From positions 384,001 to 448,000 of the forward strand of contig OZ252244.1 of NCBI GenBank assembly GCA_965249575.1: a DNA stretch of 64,000 nucleotides, written 5' to 3'. The position numbers were made by a program, and so were the translations under genes. Below are positions 1-11,017 of the stretch, in pieces (the stretch's first letter is position 1; every line of letters begins with the position of its first letter). Under the pieces are notes generated by a model that saw only the letters and a program-made list of their open reading frames with translations, was not told the DNA's origin and did not search any database. Source of the stretch: Gemmatimonadales bacterium (GTDB lineage Bacteria; Gemmatimonadota; Gemmatimonadetes; Gemmatimonadales; GWC2-71-9).

Positions 1-86
1 ACGGCGCGCATAATCTGCTGTCCATCGGCACGAGGGCCGGAGGCCAATGGCCATCTTACCCGCGGCCATGCGAAGGAGGGTAAGCG

Positions 87-314
87 ATGTCTGGGAAGAG
101 CACGCGCTTCGCGAGCGAGCAGGCCCCTTGCGGGCAGACCGTTGACGGAGAGCGTTACCAGGATCACGTCGGGAGGGGCTTGGTAAGTGACGAACACTTC
201 TACGACTGTGGCTGCCGCAGCACGCGTGAGGAGTTCCACGACGGCTGTATTTCCCGCAAGGTCGTCCACCACAACGGCACTGTCTTGGTTGACGAGCTCG
301 TTGGCGGACAGTAA
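87..314 (+). CDS. small hypothetical protein (Cys/His-containing) upstream of frdA
   Basis: 75-aa ORF with a strong RBS (GAAGGAGG) before the ATG; same strand as frdA and 36 bp upstream of it; CGC and HH motifs. Confidence 0.6.
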   Translation: MSGKSTRFASEQAPCGQTVDGERYQDHVGRGLVSDEHFYDCGCRSTREEFHDGCISRKVVHHNGTVLVDELVGGQ

Positions 315-350
315 TGCTGCAAAGCGGGCGGGCGACCGCCGAGTTCGGCC

Positions 351-2090
351 GTGACCGCATCCCATGACATCGTGTTGGTGGGAGGGGGCGGGGCGGGCTT
401 GCGGGCGGCCATCGCCATCGCGGAAACCAATCCCAACCTCCGCATCGCCGTGGTCTCGAAGGTCTACCCAATGCGAAGCCACACAGTGTCGGCCGAGGGT
501 GGTGCCGCGGGCGTGATCGCTCAGGACGATAGCCTCGACGAACACGCCCACGACACCATCTCTGGCGGGGACTGGCTGTGCGATCAGGACGCAGTGGAGG
601 CCTTCGTCAACGAAGCACCAGAGGAACTGATCCGGCTGGAGCATTGGGGCTGTCCATGGAGCCGCCAGCGCGACGGCCGCGTCGGTGTGCGCCCGTTCGG
701 CGGGATGAAGAAGAAACGCACCTGGTTTGCCGCCGACAAGACCGGGTTCCACATGCTCCACACACTGTTCCAGACCTCGCTCAAGTACACCAGCGTCGTG
801 CGGTACGACGAGTGGTTCGTGACCAAGCTCCTGGTCGATGACGGCCGGGTCCAGGGAGTCGTGGCCGTCGAGCTGATGTCGGGCAGGATCGAGTTCATCC
901 GTGCCAAGGCGGTGATCCTGTCCACCGGCGGCTGTGGCCGGGTGTTCCCGTTCACCACCAATGCGAGCATCAAGAACGGTGACGGCATGGCTCTGGCCTA
1001 CCGGGCCGGCGCTCCACTGAAGGACATGGAGTTCGTCCAGTACCACCCGACCGGCCTGCCGTTTACCGGGATCCTGATCACCGAAGCGGCCCGGGCAGAG
1101 GGAGGCTGGTTGATCAACAACGAGGGGTACCGCTACCTGCAGGACTACAACCTTGGAGAGCCCGAGCCGAAGCCGGTTCTGCGGAGCATGGAGCTGGGGC
1201 CGCGGGACCGCCTGTCGCAGGCCTTCGTCAAGGAGGTGGCGAAAGGGCGCACCGTCGAGACCCCCTACGGGCCGGTGGTTCACCTCGACCTTCGGCACTT
1301 GGGCAGCCGGGTGATCGACGGCAAGCTCCCCTTTGTGCGCGAGCTGTGCCGAAAATACCAGAACATCGACCCGGTCAAGGAGCTGATCCCGGTGCGGCCG
1401 GTGGTGCATTACATGATGGGCGGGGTCCACACCGACATCGATGGCGCCACGCCGCTGGCGGGGCTGTACGCGGCGGGGGAGGTGGCCTGTGTGAGCATCA
1501 ACGGCGCCAACCGGTTGGGATCCAACTCGCTGCCCGAGTTGCTGGTCTTCGGCGCCCGCGCCGGCCGCGCGGCGGCGGAGTACGCCGCGAGCGCCAAGAA
1601 TCCCGGCTCGGCCGCGTTGGCCCAGGCGGAGGACGAGAAACGCCGGCTCGAGCGGGACTTCCTCAAGAAGACGGACGGCCGAGAGCGCCTCGCCACCGTC
1701 CGGGAAGAGATGCAAGAAACGATGGAGCAGGGGGCAGGCATCTATCGCTCGGGCCAGGAACTGGCCCGAGCCGCGGACCGGCTACAACAGCTTCAGGAGC
1801 GATTTGGCGATATTGCGCTGGAGGATCACAGCCACACCTTCAACACCGAGCTGACTACCGCCCTCGAGCTTTCGTTCATGCTCGACGTGTCCGCAACGAT
1901 TGTCCAGTCTGCCCTGCGCCGCGAGGAATCGCGGGGAGCGCACCAGCGCACCGATTTCCCCTCACGCGACGACGAGCGGTTTCTTGCGCATTCGCTGGTG
2001 CACCGCGATCCCGACGGCTCCTGCCGGGTCGAATACTCGCCGGTAACGATCACCCGCTGGCCGCCCGCCGAGCGGGTGTATGGGAGGTAG
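351..2090 (+). CDS. frdA: fumarate reductase flavoprotein subunit
   Basis: GGGGAG FAD motif, [10 protein letters not shown] covalent-FAD His motif, [30 protein letters not shown]; followed by Fe-S and two anchor subunits. Confidence 0.95.
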   Translation: MTASHDIVLVGGGGAGLRAAIAIAETNPNLRIAVVSKVYPMRSHTVSAEGGAAGVIAQDDSLDEHAHDTISGGDWLCDQDAVEAFVNEAPEELIRLEHWGCPWSRQRDGRVGVRPFGGMKKKRTWFAADKTGFHMLHTLFQTSLKYTSVVRYDEWFVTKLLVDDGRVQGVVAVELMSGRIEFIRAKAVILSTGGCGRVFPFTTNASIKNGDGMALAYRAGAPLKDMEFVQYHPTGLPFTGILITEAARAEGGWLINNEGYRYLQDYNLGEPEPKPVLRSMELGPRDRLSQAFVKEVAKGRTVETPYGPVVHLDLRHLGSRVIDGKLPFVRELCRKYQNIDPVKELIPVRPVVHYMMGGVHTDIDGATPLAGLYAAGEVACVSINGANRLGSNSLPELLVFGARAGRAAAEYAASAKNPGSAALAQAEDEKRRLERDFLKKTDGRERLATVREEMQETMEQGAGIYRSGQELARAADRLQQLQERFGDIALEDHSHTFNTELTTALELSFMLDVSATIVQSALRREESRGAHQRTDFPSRDDERFLAHSLVHRDPDGSCRVEYSPVTITRWPPAERVYGR

Positions 2091-2094
2091 GACC

Positions 2095-2838
2095 GTGACC
2101 GACCGCATCGTCCTGGCGCTCGAACGTTACCGTCCGGAGGAAGCCGCCGAACCTACGATCCAGGAATACGAGATACCCTGTCGCGAAGACTGGGTCGTGC
2201 TCGACGGGCTCAACTACGTCAAGGACCAGTTGGATGGTACGCTGTCGTACCGGTGGTCGTGCCGGATGGGCATCTGCGGCAGCTGCGGCATGACCGTCAA
2301 CGGAGAACCCAAGCTGACGTGTGCGACCTTCCTGACCGACTACGCCCCGGGCCCGGTGCGGGTGGAGCCGTTGCGCAACTTTCCGGTCATCCGCGATCTC
2401 GTCGTCGAGCTTGGCGACTTCATGAAGAAGCTCTCTGCCGTCCGGCCCTGGATCGTCCGCGAGGAGGAAAAACCGCTCTCGGAGGGCGAGTACCGCCAGA
2501 CGCCGGCACAGTTGGACGAGTATAAGCAGTACAGCATGTGCATCAACTGCATGCTGTGCTACGCCGCCTGCCCGGTCTACGGCCTCGACCCGAATTTCCT
2601 CGGGCCGGCTGCCATCGCCACGGCTCAGCGCTATAACCTCGATTCGCGCGACCAAGGAGCCGAGGAGCGCCTCAATCTCCTCTCGGAGGAAGAGGGAATC
2701 TGGGGCTGCACCTTCGTAGGCGACTGTACGAGAGTCTGTCCGAAAAACGTCGATCCGGCCGGCGCCATCCAGCGCTACAAGCTCAAGGCGGCGTTGGAGG
2801 GACTCAAAGGATTCCTATTGCCGTGGGGCAAACGATGA
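2095..2838 (+). CDS. frdB: fumarate reductase iron-sulfur subunit
   Basis: [21 protein letters not shown] and [12 protein letters not shown] cluster motifs; GTG start at 2095 after GGAGG. Confidence 0.95.
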   Translation: MTDRIVLALERYRPEEAAEPTIQEYEIPCREDWVVLDGLNYVKDQLDGTLSYRWSCRMGICGSCGMTVNGEPKLTCATFLTDYAPGPVRVEPLRNFPVIRDLVVELGDFMKKLSAVRPWIVREEEKPLSEGEYRQTPAQLDEYKQYSMCINCMLCYAACPVYGLDPNFLGPAAIATAQRYNLDSRDQGAEERLNLLSEEEGIWGCTFVGDCTRVCPKNVDPAGAIQRYKLKAALEGLKGFLLPWGKR

Positions 2839-3251
2839 GCGAGTCGCCCGCGTACCGGGAGTTTCACCCCCGCTGGTATCGGCCGCGCATGTCCACCTGG
2901 TGGTGGCTGAGGCGTCGGTCCCACCTCGGATTCATCCTGCGAGAGGTGAGCAGCATCTTCGTCGGCTGGTTCGTCGTCTTCTTTCTCCTACTGATCCGCG
3001 CCGTCAGCCGGGGCGAGGGCGCCTACGGGGAGTTTCTGAATTGGGCGGAGAGCCCCGGTATCCTGCTCGTGAACCTCGTCAGCCTCCTGTTCGTGGTGTT
3101 CCACTCGGTCACCTGGTTCAACCTCGCGCCCCAGGCACTGGTAGTGCGCGTGGGGGGGAAGCGGATACCGGGCTCGTTGATCGCCGCCTCGAATTACGCG
3201 GCCTGGGCGGTGCTGTCGGGGCTGCTAGCGTGGGTCATCCTGGGCGGCTAG
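2835..3251 (+). CDS. frdC: fumarate reductase membrane anchor subunit C
   Basis: three hydrophobic helices; WW..FILRE and [10 protein letters not shown] motifs; ATGA overlap with frdB. Confidence 0.9.
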   Translation: MSESPAYREFHPRWYRPRMSTWWWLRRRSHLGFILREVSSIFVGWFVVFFLLLIRAVSRGEGAYGEFLNWAESPGILLVNLVSLLFVVFHSVTWFNLAPQALVVRVGGKRIPGSLIAASNYAAWAVLSGLLAWVILGG

Positions 3252-3253
3252 AG

Positions 3254-3607
3254 ATGACGAAGCGACCTATCGAGCCGTTCCTGTGGATCCTCTTCAGCGC
3301 CGGTGGCGTGCTGGCCGCACTGCTGATCCCGGTCCTGTTGGTGCTGTTCGGTCTAGCGTTCCCTCTCGGGTGGCTCGCTCCCCCGGGCCACTCGTACCTG
3401 CTCGCCGTGGTGGGACACCCGGTCACGCGTGTCGTCTCGTTCTTTCTCTGTACGCTGTCGCTGTTTCACTGGGCCCACCGCTTTCGCTACACGCTCTATG
3501 ACGGCTTGCAGATCAAGCACCTGAACGAGCTAGTCAACCTGATCTGTTATGGGGGAGCGATCGTCGGGTCCGCCGCGGCCGGTTATCTCCTGTGGCAGAT
3601 CCCGTAG
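3254..3607 (+). CDS. frdD: fumarate reductase membrane anchor subunit D
   Basis: KRPIEPFLWILFSAGG, HWAHRFRY and ICYGGA motifs; last gene of the operon. Confidence 0.9.
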   Translation: MTKRPIEPFLWILFSAGGVLAALLIPVLLVLFGLAFPLGWLAPPGHSYLLAVVGHPVTRVVSFFLCTLSLFHWAHRFRYTLYDGLQIKHLNELVNLICYGGAIVGSAAAGYLLWQIP

Positions 3608-3653
3608 ATCGCAGCGGTCGCGTGCGGCCTTCTTCATAAATACTCGAGGCTGG

Positions 3654-4964
3654 TCAGGGGTTCGACACCTCTCTGGGAGACCGGTCGGCCGCTGCCGTCC
3701 CGGCGAGTAACGCGCCGCGGAAGCGACGCCCGGCCCAGGCGAGCGCCCCCGCCGAAATCGCGGTCAGAACGCCAAGCATCATGAAGTATTGACTGTGTGG
3801 AATGCGATCCCAGAGGGAACCCAGCCATCCGGTTACGTAAGCCGCGATGGCCAGTGTGACGAACCACCCACCCATCATCGTTCCGCGAAGGCGGGGCGGC
3901 GCGACCCGGGTGACCATGGCGAGACCGGGGGGCGTGGTGAACAGCTCGCTCCCCGACATCAGGACGAGTGCCGCCACGAGCCACACGACGGACACCCGGC
4001 CGGTGTCTCCCCCGCTCAGCCCCGCGAGCGCGACGACGCCGACGCCGATCGTAATCATCAGAATTCCTAGGAACATTTTCCCGTAACCCGGCGGCTCCGT
4101 GCCACGTCGCCTCAGGCGGCTCCAGAGCGCGACGATCAGCGGCGTGCCAGCAACGATCGTCAACGGGTTGAGCGACTGGAACACCTCGGGTGGCAGTGAG
4201 GTCTGGACGTTGTCGCGCGCCCAGAGCGTCAGCGTGAAACCGATCTGGAAGGTCGGGATCCAAACCGGGATCATGATGGCGAACACCACCAAGAGGGCGC
4301 GCAGCCGCGCCCGTGCTTCTTCCGGCGAGAGCTCAACCTCCGCCTCGACCGGAGAGGTTCCGGCGCCGCTATCGACGATGTGTTTCCGGAACACCGTGAA
4401 GATCACAAGAGAGAGGAGCATGGCCACCGCCGCCGACCCAAAGGCCATACCCCACCCGCGTGTGGCCCGCAGGTACGCCACGGCGAATGGCGCCACGATA
4501 CCGCCCAGGCTCACGCCCATGTAGAAGATGTTGAACCCCGCGTCTCTGAGTGCCGGCCGATCGCGGTAGAGATTGCCCACCAGGGTCGAGACGTTGGGCT
4601 TGAACAGGCCGACGCCGCAGGCGAGCAGCGCGAGCGCGGCGTAGAACGTGGAGATCCGCTCCAGAGCGAGCAGGAGATGACCGCCGGCCATGAAAACCCC
4701 GCCGACGAACACCGCACGGCGGCAGCCGAGGAGCCGGTCAGCCATCAAACCACCCAGCAGTGGCAGAAACCAAACGGCGGCGTTGTAGCCGCCGTACACC
4801 TGGCCGATCGCGCCTTGCGAAAAGGCGAGGGCCTCGTCCATATAGAGGACGAGAATGGCCAGCATCGAATAGAAGCTGTACCGTTCCCACATCTCGGTGA
4901 AGAACAGCACGTAGAGCCCCGGCGGGTGCGACACCGCTCCCGTGGTGTCCCGTTCCTGCATCAA
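3654..4964 (-). CDS. proton-dependent oligopeptide (POT/PTR) MFS transporter
   Basis: EMWERYSFY (ExxERFxYY-like), GGLMADRLLG, GLFKPNVS and FNIFYMGV motifs. Confidence 0.9.
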   Translation of the reverse strand: MMQERDTTGAVSHPPGLYVLFFTEMWERYSFYSMLAILVLYMDEALAFSQGAIGQVYGGYNAAVWFLPLLGGLMADRLLGCRRAVFVGGVFMAGGHLLLALERISTFYAALALLACGVGLFKPNVSTLVGNLYRDRPALRDAGFNIFYMGVSLGGIVAPFAVAYLRATRGWGMAFGSAAVAMLLSLVIFTVFRKHIVDSGAGTSPVEAEVELSPEEARARLRALLVVFAIMIPVWIPTFQIGFTLTLWARDNVQTSLPPEVFQSLNPLTIVAGTPLIVALWSRLRRRGTEPPGYGKMFLGILMITIGVGVVALAGLSGGDTGRVSVVWLVAALVLMSGSELFTTPPGLAMVTRVAPPRLRGTMMGGWFVTLAIAAYVTGWLGSLWDRIPHSQYFMMLGVLTAISAGALAWAGRRFRGALLAGTAAADRSPREVSNP

Positions 4965-5042
4965 ACGGACCCCGAAACGGAAGGTGCAAGCGGGGTTCGC
5001 TCCGATCGTGACACATCACCCCCTGCGAAAGGTTCCGGCTCC

Positions 5043-6467
5043 ATGGCTACCGGGAAGGCCTCAACCGACGTGCTTCGTGACCGCCGGGCCCGCCTGCTGG
5101 ACGATATCGGGCCCACGTCGATCGCCGTTCTCAGGGCACAGCCCGACCTGAACAGGATTCGCATGCTGATGCGCTTCAACCCCGAGCACATCGCCGACGC
5201 GTTCAAGCAGGAAGAGAACTTCTTCTACCTGACCGGCATCGAGGTGCCGAATCTGTATCTCATCCTGAACGGCGCACGACGAGAGACCGTGGTGTTTCTG
5301 CCGGACCTCGGAGGCTTGACCGTTGATACGGTCTACGGCCCTGCGTCCCGACGAGAGGGAGTTGCCGAGACCGTGGAACGGCAGCTCGCCGATGAGATCC
5401 GCGCTTCCGGAATCGACACCATGAAAGCGGCTCGGGACTTCGTGCACTACGTCTACCAGACGATCGAGCACGACGCGGTAGATACGTGTTGGGTCTTGGG
5501 ACCCGCCGCGACGGACATTTTCATCCCCGATTCGTACACGAGCACGACTCCGCCCGGCCTTAGGGATCTCCGGTACCCGGAGGAAGACCTGGCCGACTCC
5601 ATGCGTGACCGCTTTCCATATCTCCACATCCGCAATCTCTCCCGGCCGCTGCTCGAGCAGCGGGCCGTCAAAGACGCGTTCGAGCTAGAGCAGATCCGAG
5701 AAAGCGCTCGGGTGTCGGCCCTCGCCTATCTCGAAGTGATGCGATTTGCCCAGCCCGGGGTGTACGACCGCGAGTTAGCCGCCGTGGCCTGGTTCACCTC
5801 CCGCTCGCTCGGCGGGAACCGTCCGGCCTGGCTACCGATCGTCGAATCGGGGGAGAACATCCTGCTCCGCGGCGCGGGGCAGTATATCGGGAATTACTAC
5901 GACTGGAAAGATCGCCAGATTCGCGACGGCGATCTCGTGTTCATGGACTGGGCGATGGAGGTCAACTACTACTACGCCGACATGGCGCGGACCTTCCCCA
6001 TCTCGGGGACGTTTACGAAGGAACAGCGCGAGGCGTACGACCTCTACACGCTGCCCTTCCTCCGCGCCAAGAAAAAGATTCGTCCCGGAATCACGTTCGG
6101 CGACTTGGTGCAGGAATACATCGCCGAGCTCCGGAAAGAGAAAACCAAACATCCGCTCTTCAAGCGCGAGCTGGCCCGGTTCATCGAGGAGCTCGAGCCC
6201 TACAACCGCATGGGACACTTCCTCGGCCACTACGTGCGGGACGCCGGCGACTACGCCGAGCCGCTCCGACCCGGCCAGGTACTGGCGTATGAACCGCCGG
6301 CCTGGGTCATCCCGGAGCTGAACATCATGATCCAGGTGGAGGATTGCGGCGCAATCACCGACTCCGGATTCGAGCCGTTCACGGAGCACATCGTTCCGTT
6401 CGACGCCGACGCCATCGAGCGCATCATGGCGGAGCCATCGAAGATCGAGCGCGTGTTGACGGAGTAG
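5043..6467 (+). CDS. Xaa-Pro aminopeptidase family (M24) peptidase
   Basis: N-terminal FKQEENFFYLTG; metal ligands in DW..YYADMARTFP, GHFLGH, YEP and VED. Confidence 0.85.
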   Translation: MATGKASTDVLRDRRARLLDDIGPTSIAVLRAQPDLNRIRMLMRFNPEHIADAFKQEENFFYLTGIEVPNLYLILNGARRETVVFLPDLGGLTVDTVYGPASRREGVAETVERQLADEIRASGIDTMKAARDFVHYVYQTIEHDAVDTCWVLGPAATDIFIPDSYTSTTPPGLRDLRYPEEDLADSMRDRFPYLHIRNLSRPLLEQRAVKDAFELEQIRESARVSALAYLEVMRFAQPGVYDRELAAVAWFTSRSLGGNRPAWLPIVESGENILLRGAGQYIGNYYDWKDRQIRDGDLVFMDWAMEVNYYYADMARTFPISGTFTKEQREAYDLYTLPFLRAKKKIRPGITFGDLVQEYIAELRKEKTKHPLFKRELARFIEELEPYNRMGHFLGHYVRDAGDYAEPLRPGQVLAYEPPAWVIPELNIMIQVEDCGAITDSGFEPFTEHIVPFDADAIERIMAEPSKIERVLTE

Positions 6468-6546
6468 CGAAGCGAACAACGTCCAGCGTCAGACAAGGGA
6501 GGTAGCCGCGCTACGCGCCGATGTCAGCAGGTAGCCCCGTCCATCG

Positions 6547-6921
6547 CTACCCCGCGCCGAGCCACGTCACCACCGCGACGGTCAAGAGCACTCCCCAAGA
6601 AAAGTGCTTTCCCCTCGAGACGACGAGCGAGACCGCTGCGGACACCAGGAACGTGAGAGCGATGGCCCAGACCAATCGTCGGTTGTGGCTGCTCGCCTAC
6701 ATCGACGCCAGCAGAACCAGTAGCGTCGCCAGACCCCACCATGCAACACTCACGAGATGCCAGAACAGCCGCAAAACCCGGTGCGTGAACGCCGTCGATC
6801 CGATGGTCTCCGGCAGCGCCGCGGGCTCGAGCTTCGAGAGGATGAGGTGCTCACCCAGGATCGAGTGCAGAAGACCGCCGATTGCGCTGATCCCGGCGGC
6901 CACCAAGAGATAAGCGTTCAT
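6547..6921 (-). pseudogene. small membrane protein gene interrupted by an in-frame TAG
   Basis: 74-aa ORF stops at TAG 6697-6699, but the same frame continues with two more hydrophobic helices (LVWAIALTFLVS..SRGKHFSWGVLL) to TAG at 6547. Confidence 0.65.
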
Positions 6922-7057
6922 GGCGTGACCCTCCGCAGCCTTTCACAGTCTAAATAAAGATGCTCGCCCACAGCCTTCTCCGCTTGCGACGTCCTGCCTC
7001 GCGGCGCAAAGTTCCGTACCTCAGCAGCTAACGCCGTTTGCTCCTCCGGAGGCTCCC

Positions 7058-9016
7058 ATGCACCAATCCCTGCTCTACGCCGCCATCGCCTTTCCGCTTG
7101 CGACTGCCGGTCAGGCCGCCGCGCAGGAGCGAACTCGCACACCCGGCGACTTCACGTTAGGCGAACTGCTCGACGTCTCTTCGCCGGTGAGCGGTGCAGT
7201 GCCCGACTGGGCGCCGGATGGCTCCCGCATCCTGGTGAGCGATGGCAACCGGCTCACCACGGTGGATCCCGAGACCGGCGCAATCACCGTGTTGCCGGTC
7301 GAGAACCCCTCGGGCCCGGCCTATTCCCCTGACGGACGGTGGATCGCCTATACAGCGCGCGGGCTGAACGGGGGGCAGGAGTTGTGGCTCTGGTCGGTCA
7401 CCGAGGAGCGTGTCGCGCAACTCACCGACTTGGGTGTACGGCTGAACTCGTGGAGCTGGGCGCCGGACGGGCGCCGCATCGCGTTTTCGAGCATGCTGCG
7501 CGGCACGTTCGACATCTACACGGTCGACGTCCCGGGGGGCGCGGTCAGGCGGCTCACCGCAAACACGCGCTACGACGTCCAGCCGAGCTGGACCCCGGAC
7601 GGCCGGACGATCCTCTTCGTGCGCTTGGACGAGGCGTGGCGGAACCACGAGGTGATCGCCATCGACGCCGCCACCGGGGCCGGTGCTCGCACCGTGGTGA
7701 CCGACACGGATTTCTTCGACTACCGCGTGGGGGCGGAGTTCGGCCCGGCGCAGGTCTCGCCGCGTGGCGATCTGGTCATGTTCCGGTCGCACCGGAGCGG
7801 GTGGCTCAACTGGTGGCTGGTTCCGCTGGCGGGCGGGGAGCCCCGCCCCCTTGCCGCCGAGGCCGCCGACCAGAACGCACAGAAGCCGTTCCGGGGGTAT
7901 GCGCGCTTCTCACCCGACGGGCAGCAGGTCGTCTACACGTCGAATCTGAACGGCACCCAGGTGGTGCGCGTGGTCGCGGTAGAAGGTGGCGCGCCTCGCA
8001 CACTCGTCGCGCCGGAGATGGGTGTCGCGACCAACCCTGCCTGGTCGCCGGACGGTCGGCGCATCTCGTTCACGCTGGACGACCCGCGCCAGCCACCCGA
8101 CCTGCACGTCGTGGACGTCCCGGGCGGCGTTGTCACGCGGCTCACCAAATCCCTCGAGGACGAATCGCTCGTGAACGCACTGTTCACGCCCGAGAAGGTG
8201 AGCTATCCGAGCACCGCGGGGCTCACCATCCAGGCCTACCTCTATCGCCCGCCGGGGCCCGTGCCGCCGGGTGGCCACCCGTCGATCGTGTGGGTGCACG
8301 GCGGTCCCACGTCACAGTTCGACGACGGCTGGCGCGGGCACTGGCAGCCGCACTACTTCGTGAAGCACGGCTACGCCGTCCTGCTGCCGAACATCCGCGG
8401 CAGCTCGGGCTACGGGCTCGATTTCGAGAAGGCGAACCGCCGCTGTTGGGGCCGGTGCGACATGGAAGACCTGGTGGCGGGCGTCGAGTATCTCGAGCAA
8501 CTCCCCGACATCAACGGCGAGCGCGTCGCGGTGACCGGCACGAGTTACGGTGGCTTCATGAGCCTCGCGGCCACCACGTTCGCGGGCGGTGTGTTCCGCG
8601 CGTCGGCCGCCACGGTGAGCGGCTACGCCGACCGGCTCCGCTGGGCGGAAGAGGTCTACAACATCGCGGGCATCAACCTAATGGCGTACGACCTGGGCTG
8701 GGTGGAGGAAAACCGCGAGACCTACCGCTACGTCTCGCCCTTTCATCACGCCCGCGACATGGACACGCCGCTGCTGATAATCGGCGCCCCGGGGGACACG
8801 CCCATGCGACCCTTCGCCGACGAGGCTGCGCGCTGGTACAAGCCGGTGCGCTACGAGGGGTATCCCAACGTCGGTGGCACCGAGAGCCGGAAGCAGTGGA
8901 TGCCGCGCGTGCTCGCGTTCTTCGACCGGCATCTTCGGGCGGACCTCGAGGTCCGACCCCCGGAGGGGCACCTCGCCGCGGAGGCGGAGGCCACGGGGTC
9001 CACGACGCGGAAATAG
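7058..9016 (+). CDS. S9 prolyl oligopeptidase-family protein with PD40/TolB-like propeller, secreted
   Basis: signal peptide, repeated W[AS]PDG blades, VHGGP, NIRGSSGYG, GTSYGG nucleophile motif. Confidence 0.88.
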   Translation: MHQSLLYAAIAFPLATAGQAAAQERTRTPGDFTLGELLDVSSPVSGAVPDWAPDGSRILVSDGNRLTTVDPETGAITVLPVENPSGPAYSPDGRWIAYTARGLNGGQELWLWSVTEERVAQLTDLGVRLNSWSWAPDGRRIAFSSMLRGTFDIYTVDVPGGAVRRLTANTRYDVQPSWTPDGRTILFVRLDEAWRNHEVIAIDAATGAGARTVVTDTDFFDYRVGAEFGPAQVSPRGDLVMFRSHRSGWLNWWLVPLAGGEPRPLAAEAADQNAQKPFRGYARFSPDGQQVVYTSNLNGTQVVRVVAVEGGAPRTLVAPEMGVATNPAWSPDGRRISFTLDDPRQPPDLHVVDVPGGVVTRLTKSLEDESLVNALFTPEKVSYPSTAGLTIQAYLYRPPGPVPPGGHPSIVWVHGGPTSQFDDGWRGHWQPHYFVKHGYAVLLPNIRGSSGYGLDFEKANRRCWGRCDMEDLVAGVEYLEQLPDINGERVAVTGTSYGGFMSLAATTFAGGVFRASAATVSGYADRLRWAEEVYNIAGINLMAYDLGWVEENRETYRYVSPFHHARDMDTPLLIIGAPGDTPMRPFADEAARWYKPVRYEGYPNVGGTESRKQWMPRVLAFFDRHLRADLEVRPPEGHLAAEAEATGSTTRK

Positions 9017-9083
9017 ACGGCAGGCCAACCTGCGTTCAGCCAAGCGAGGTCGTCATGCGGGAAAGAATCTCGGAGGTGCTGCG

Positions 9084-10856
9084 ATGAAGCATGTCTTGAT
9101 GTCGGCGATCATCGTCGCGTTGGGCTTCGGACGGGTTCCGACAGCGTCACCCCAAGTCGGCGCTGCATCGGAGGGAGACGTCGTGATGGAGTTCCACGTC
9201 CTCGTTCCCATGCGGGACGGCGTGAGGCTCTCTACCGACATCTACCGTCCCCCGGGAACGGATCGCTTCCCAGTCATCGTCAACCGCACTCCTTACAACA
9301 ACAACACGCGCGGACTGATCGAGCGCGCTCGTTTCTTCGCGGGGAACGGATACGTGTTTGTAACCCAGGATTCCCGGGGGCGCCACGACTCCGAAGGAGA
9401 GTGGTATCCGTACACGACGCACGATGCGCTGGACGGCTACGACACGGTCGAGTGGGCGGCGAGCCAGCCCTGGTCAACCGGGGAGGTAGGCACCTGGGGT
9501 GGGTCGTATTCGGCCTGGAACCAATGGATGGCGGCGAGAGAGGGGCCAGGCCATCTGAAGGCCATGATCTCCATCGTCCCTCAGCCCGATGAGTTCAACG
9601 ACCTTCCACACCAGTATGGCCCGCTGAAGCTGCCGATGGCGCGGTGGATGCTCGGCATGTCCGCCAGAGTCAACCAGGAAGGCTCTGGCTACGACATGGA
9701 GAAGCTGTACTGGCACCTGCCGCTGAGCACGCTGGATGAGGCCGCCGGCCGACAGGTGGCTTGGTGGAAGGACTGGCTCGAGCACGATACGTATGACGAG
9801 TACTGGAAGAAAAACGCCTACATGAATAAGTACGCGAGCATAGACGTCCCGGTGTTGCATGTCGACGGCTGGTTCAACGACGACCTCTCGGGCTCGCTCT
9901 TGAACTTTGCCGGGATGAGGGCCCGGGGCGGCTCCGCGGAAGCGAGGGACTGGCAGCGGCTCATCATTGGACCCTGGCCGCACGGTGTGAACCGAAATCA
10001 GAAACTCGGCGACATCGACTACGGCCCCGACGCCATCATCGACATCCGCGCCGTCTATCTTCGCTGGTACGGCTGCCACCTGAAGGGTGAAGGATGCGAG
10101 GCGCTCGCGAGCGAGCCGCGGGTCAAATACTTCGTGATGGGACAGAACCGCTGGAGGGAAGCCACAGACTGGCCACCGGCAGGCGCCGAGACCATCGCCT
10201 ATTACTTCCACAGTGGGGGCGATGCCAACACGCTCGAAGGTGACGGGGTGCTGAGCACCGAGAAGCCGGGCGAAGAGCCGCCGGACCGATACCGCTACGA
10301 CCCCGCGGATCCGACCCCCACCATCGACAGTAACCGTGAGACACCGCTGGGCTCCAACCAGGACCAACGGCCGGTGGAGAAGCGAGGGGACGTCTTGGTC
10401 TATACGACGCCGCCGTTGGAGGAGCCGGTCGAAGTGAGTGGCCCGCTAACAGTGAAGCTGTGGGCATCGTCGTCCGCGGTCGACACCGATTGGGCCGCCA
10501 AGCTCGTCGATGTCCATCCGGATGGCTACGCTCAGAGACTCATAGAGGGAATCATCCGGGCAAAGTTCCGAAGCTCGTGGGAGAACCCCTCGCTGCTCGA
10601 GTCCGGTAAGGTCTACGAATTCGAGATAGACCTTTGGGCCACGTCGAACGTGTTCCAGGAGGGTCACAGGATTCGAGTGGAGATCGCTTCGGCGAACTTC
10701 CCCAAGTATTCGCGCAATCTGAATACCGGCAGGAACAGCGAGACGACGTCCGAAATGGTCGTTGCGGAGCAGGTCGTTCATCACGATGCGGCCAGGCCTT
10801 CGCACATCCTGTTGCCGGTCGTGTCCACCCCCGCAGAAACGAACGGCGGACGATAG
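9084..10856 (+). CDS. CocE/NonD family hydrolase, secreted
   Basis: PMRDGVRLSTDIYRP, RTPY, QDSRGRHDSEG, GGSYSA, GWFND, IGPWPH, YDPADP. Confidence 0.92.
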   Translation: MKHVLMSAIIVALGFGRVPTASPQVGAASEGDVVMEFHVLVPMRDGVRLSTDIYRPPGTDRFPVIVNRTPYNNNTRGLIERARFFAGNGYVFVTQDSRGRHDSEGEWYPYTTHDALDGYDTVEWAASQPWSTGEVGTWGGSYSAWNQWMAAREGPGHLKAMISIVPQPDEFNDLPHQYGPLKLPMARWMLGMSARVNQEGSGYDMEKLYWHLPLSTLDEAAGRQVAWWKDWLEHDTYDEYWKKNAYMNKYASIDVPVLHVDGWFNDDLSGSLLNFAGMRARGGSAEARDWQRLIIGPWPHGVNRNQKLGDIDYGPDAIIDIRAVYLRWYGCHLKGEGCEALASEPRVKYFVMGQNRWREATDWPPAGAETIAYYFHSGGDANTLEGDGVLSTEKPGEEPPDRYRYDPADPTPTIDSNRETPLGSNQDQRPVEKRGDVLVYTTPPLEEPVEVSGPLTVKLWASSSAVDTDWAAKLVDVHPDGYAQRLIEGIIRAKFRSSWENPSLLESGKVYEFEIDLWATSNVFQEGHRIRVEIASANFPKYSRNLNTGRNSETTSEMVVAEQVVHHDAARPSHILLPVVSTPAETNGGR

Positions 10857-11017
10857 CGCGGAAACCTCTGCGATTCGGGAGGTCTCATCGGTAAGCAGCC
10901 AGGCCTTTCAGGTACACCGAACTGAGCGTCGGGCCCGAGAGGCGAAGAGGTCCTCGTCATTGGCACGGCCTGGATGCGGAACGCTCGATCCGCCTCTCCG
11001 CGGCCGCGGCACTGCTC

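Noticed and set aside
4380..5042. N-terminal extensions of the M24 peptidase, thiC, glyA, ftsB and CocE ORFs in the ORF track
   Set aside because: They overlap neighbouring genes or the riboswitch; downstream starts fit the family N-termini better.
7339..9087. Long alternative-frame and antisense ORFs (for example 7339-9087, 50649-52223, 60427-61917, 54152-55276)
   Set aside because: Arg/Pro/Gly-rich shadow ORFs expected from high-GC codon bias, fully overlapping recognisable genes.
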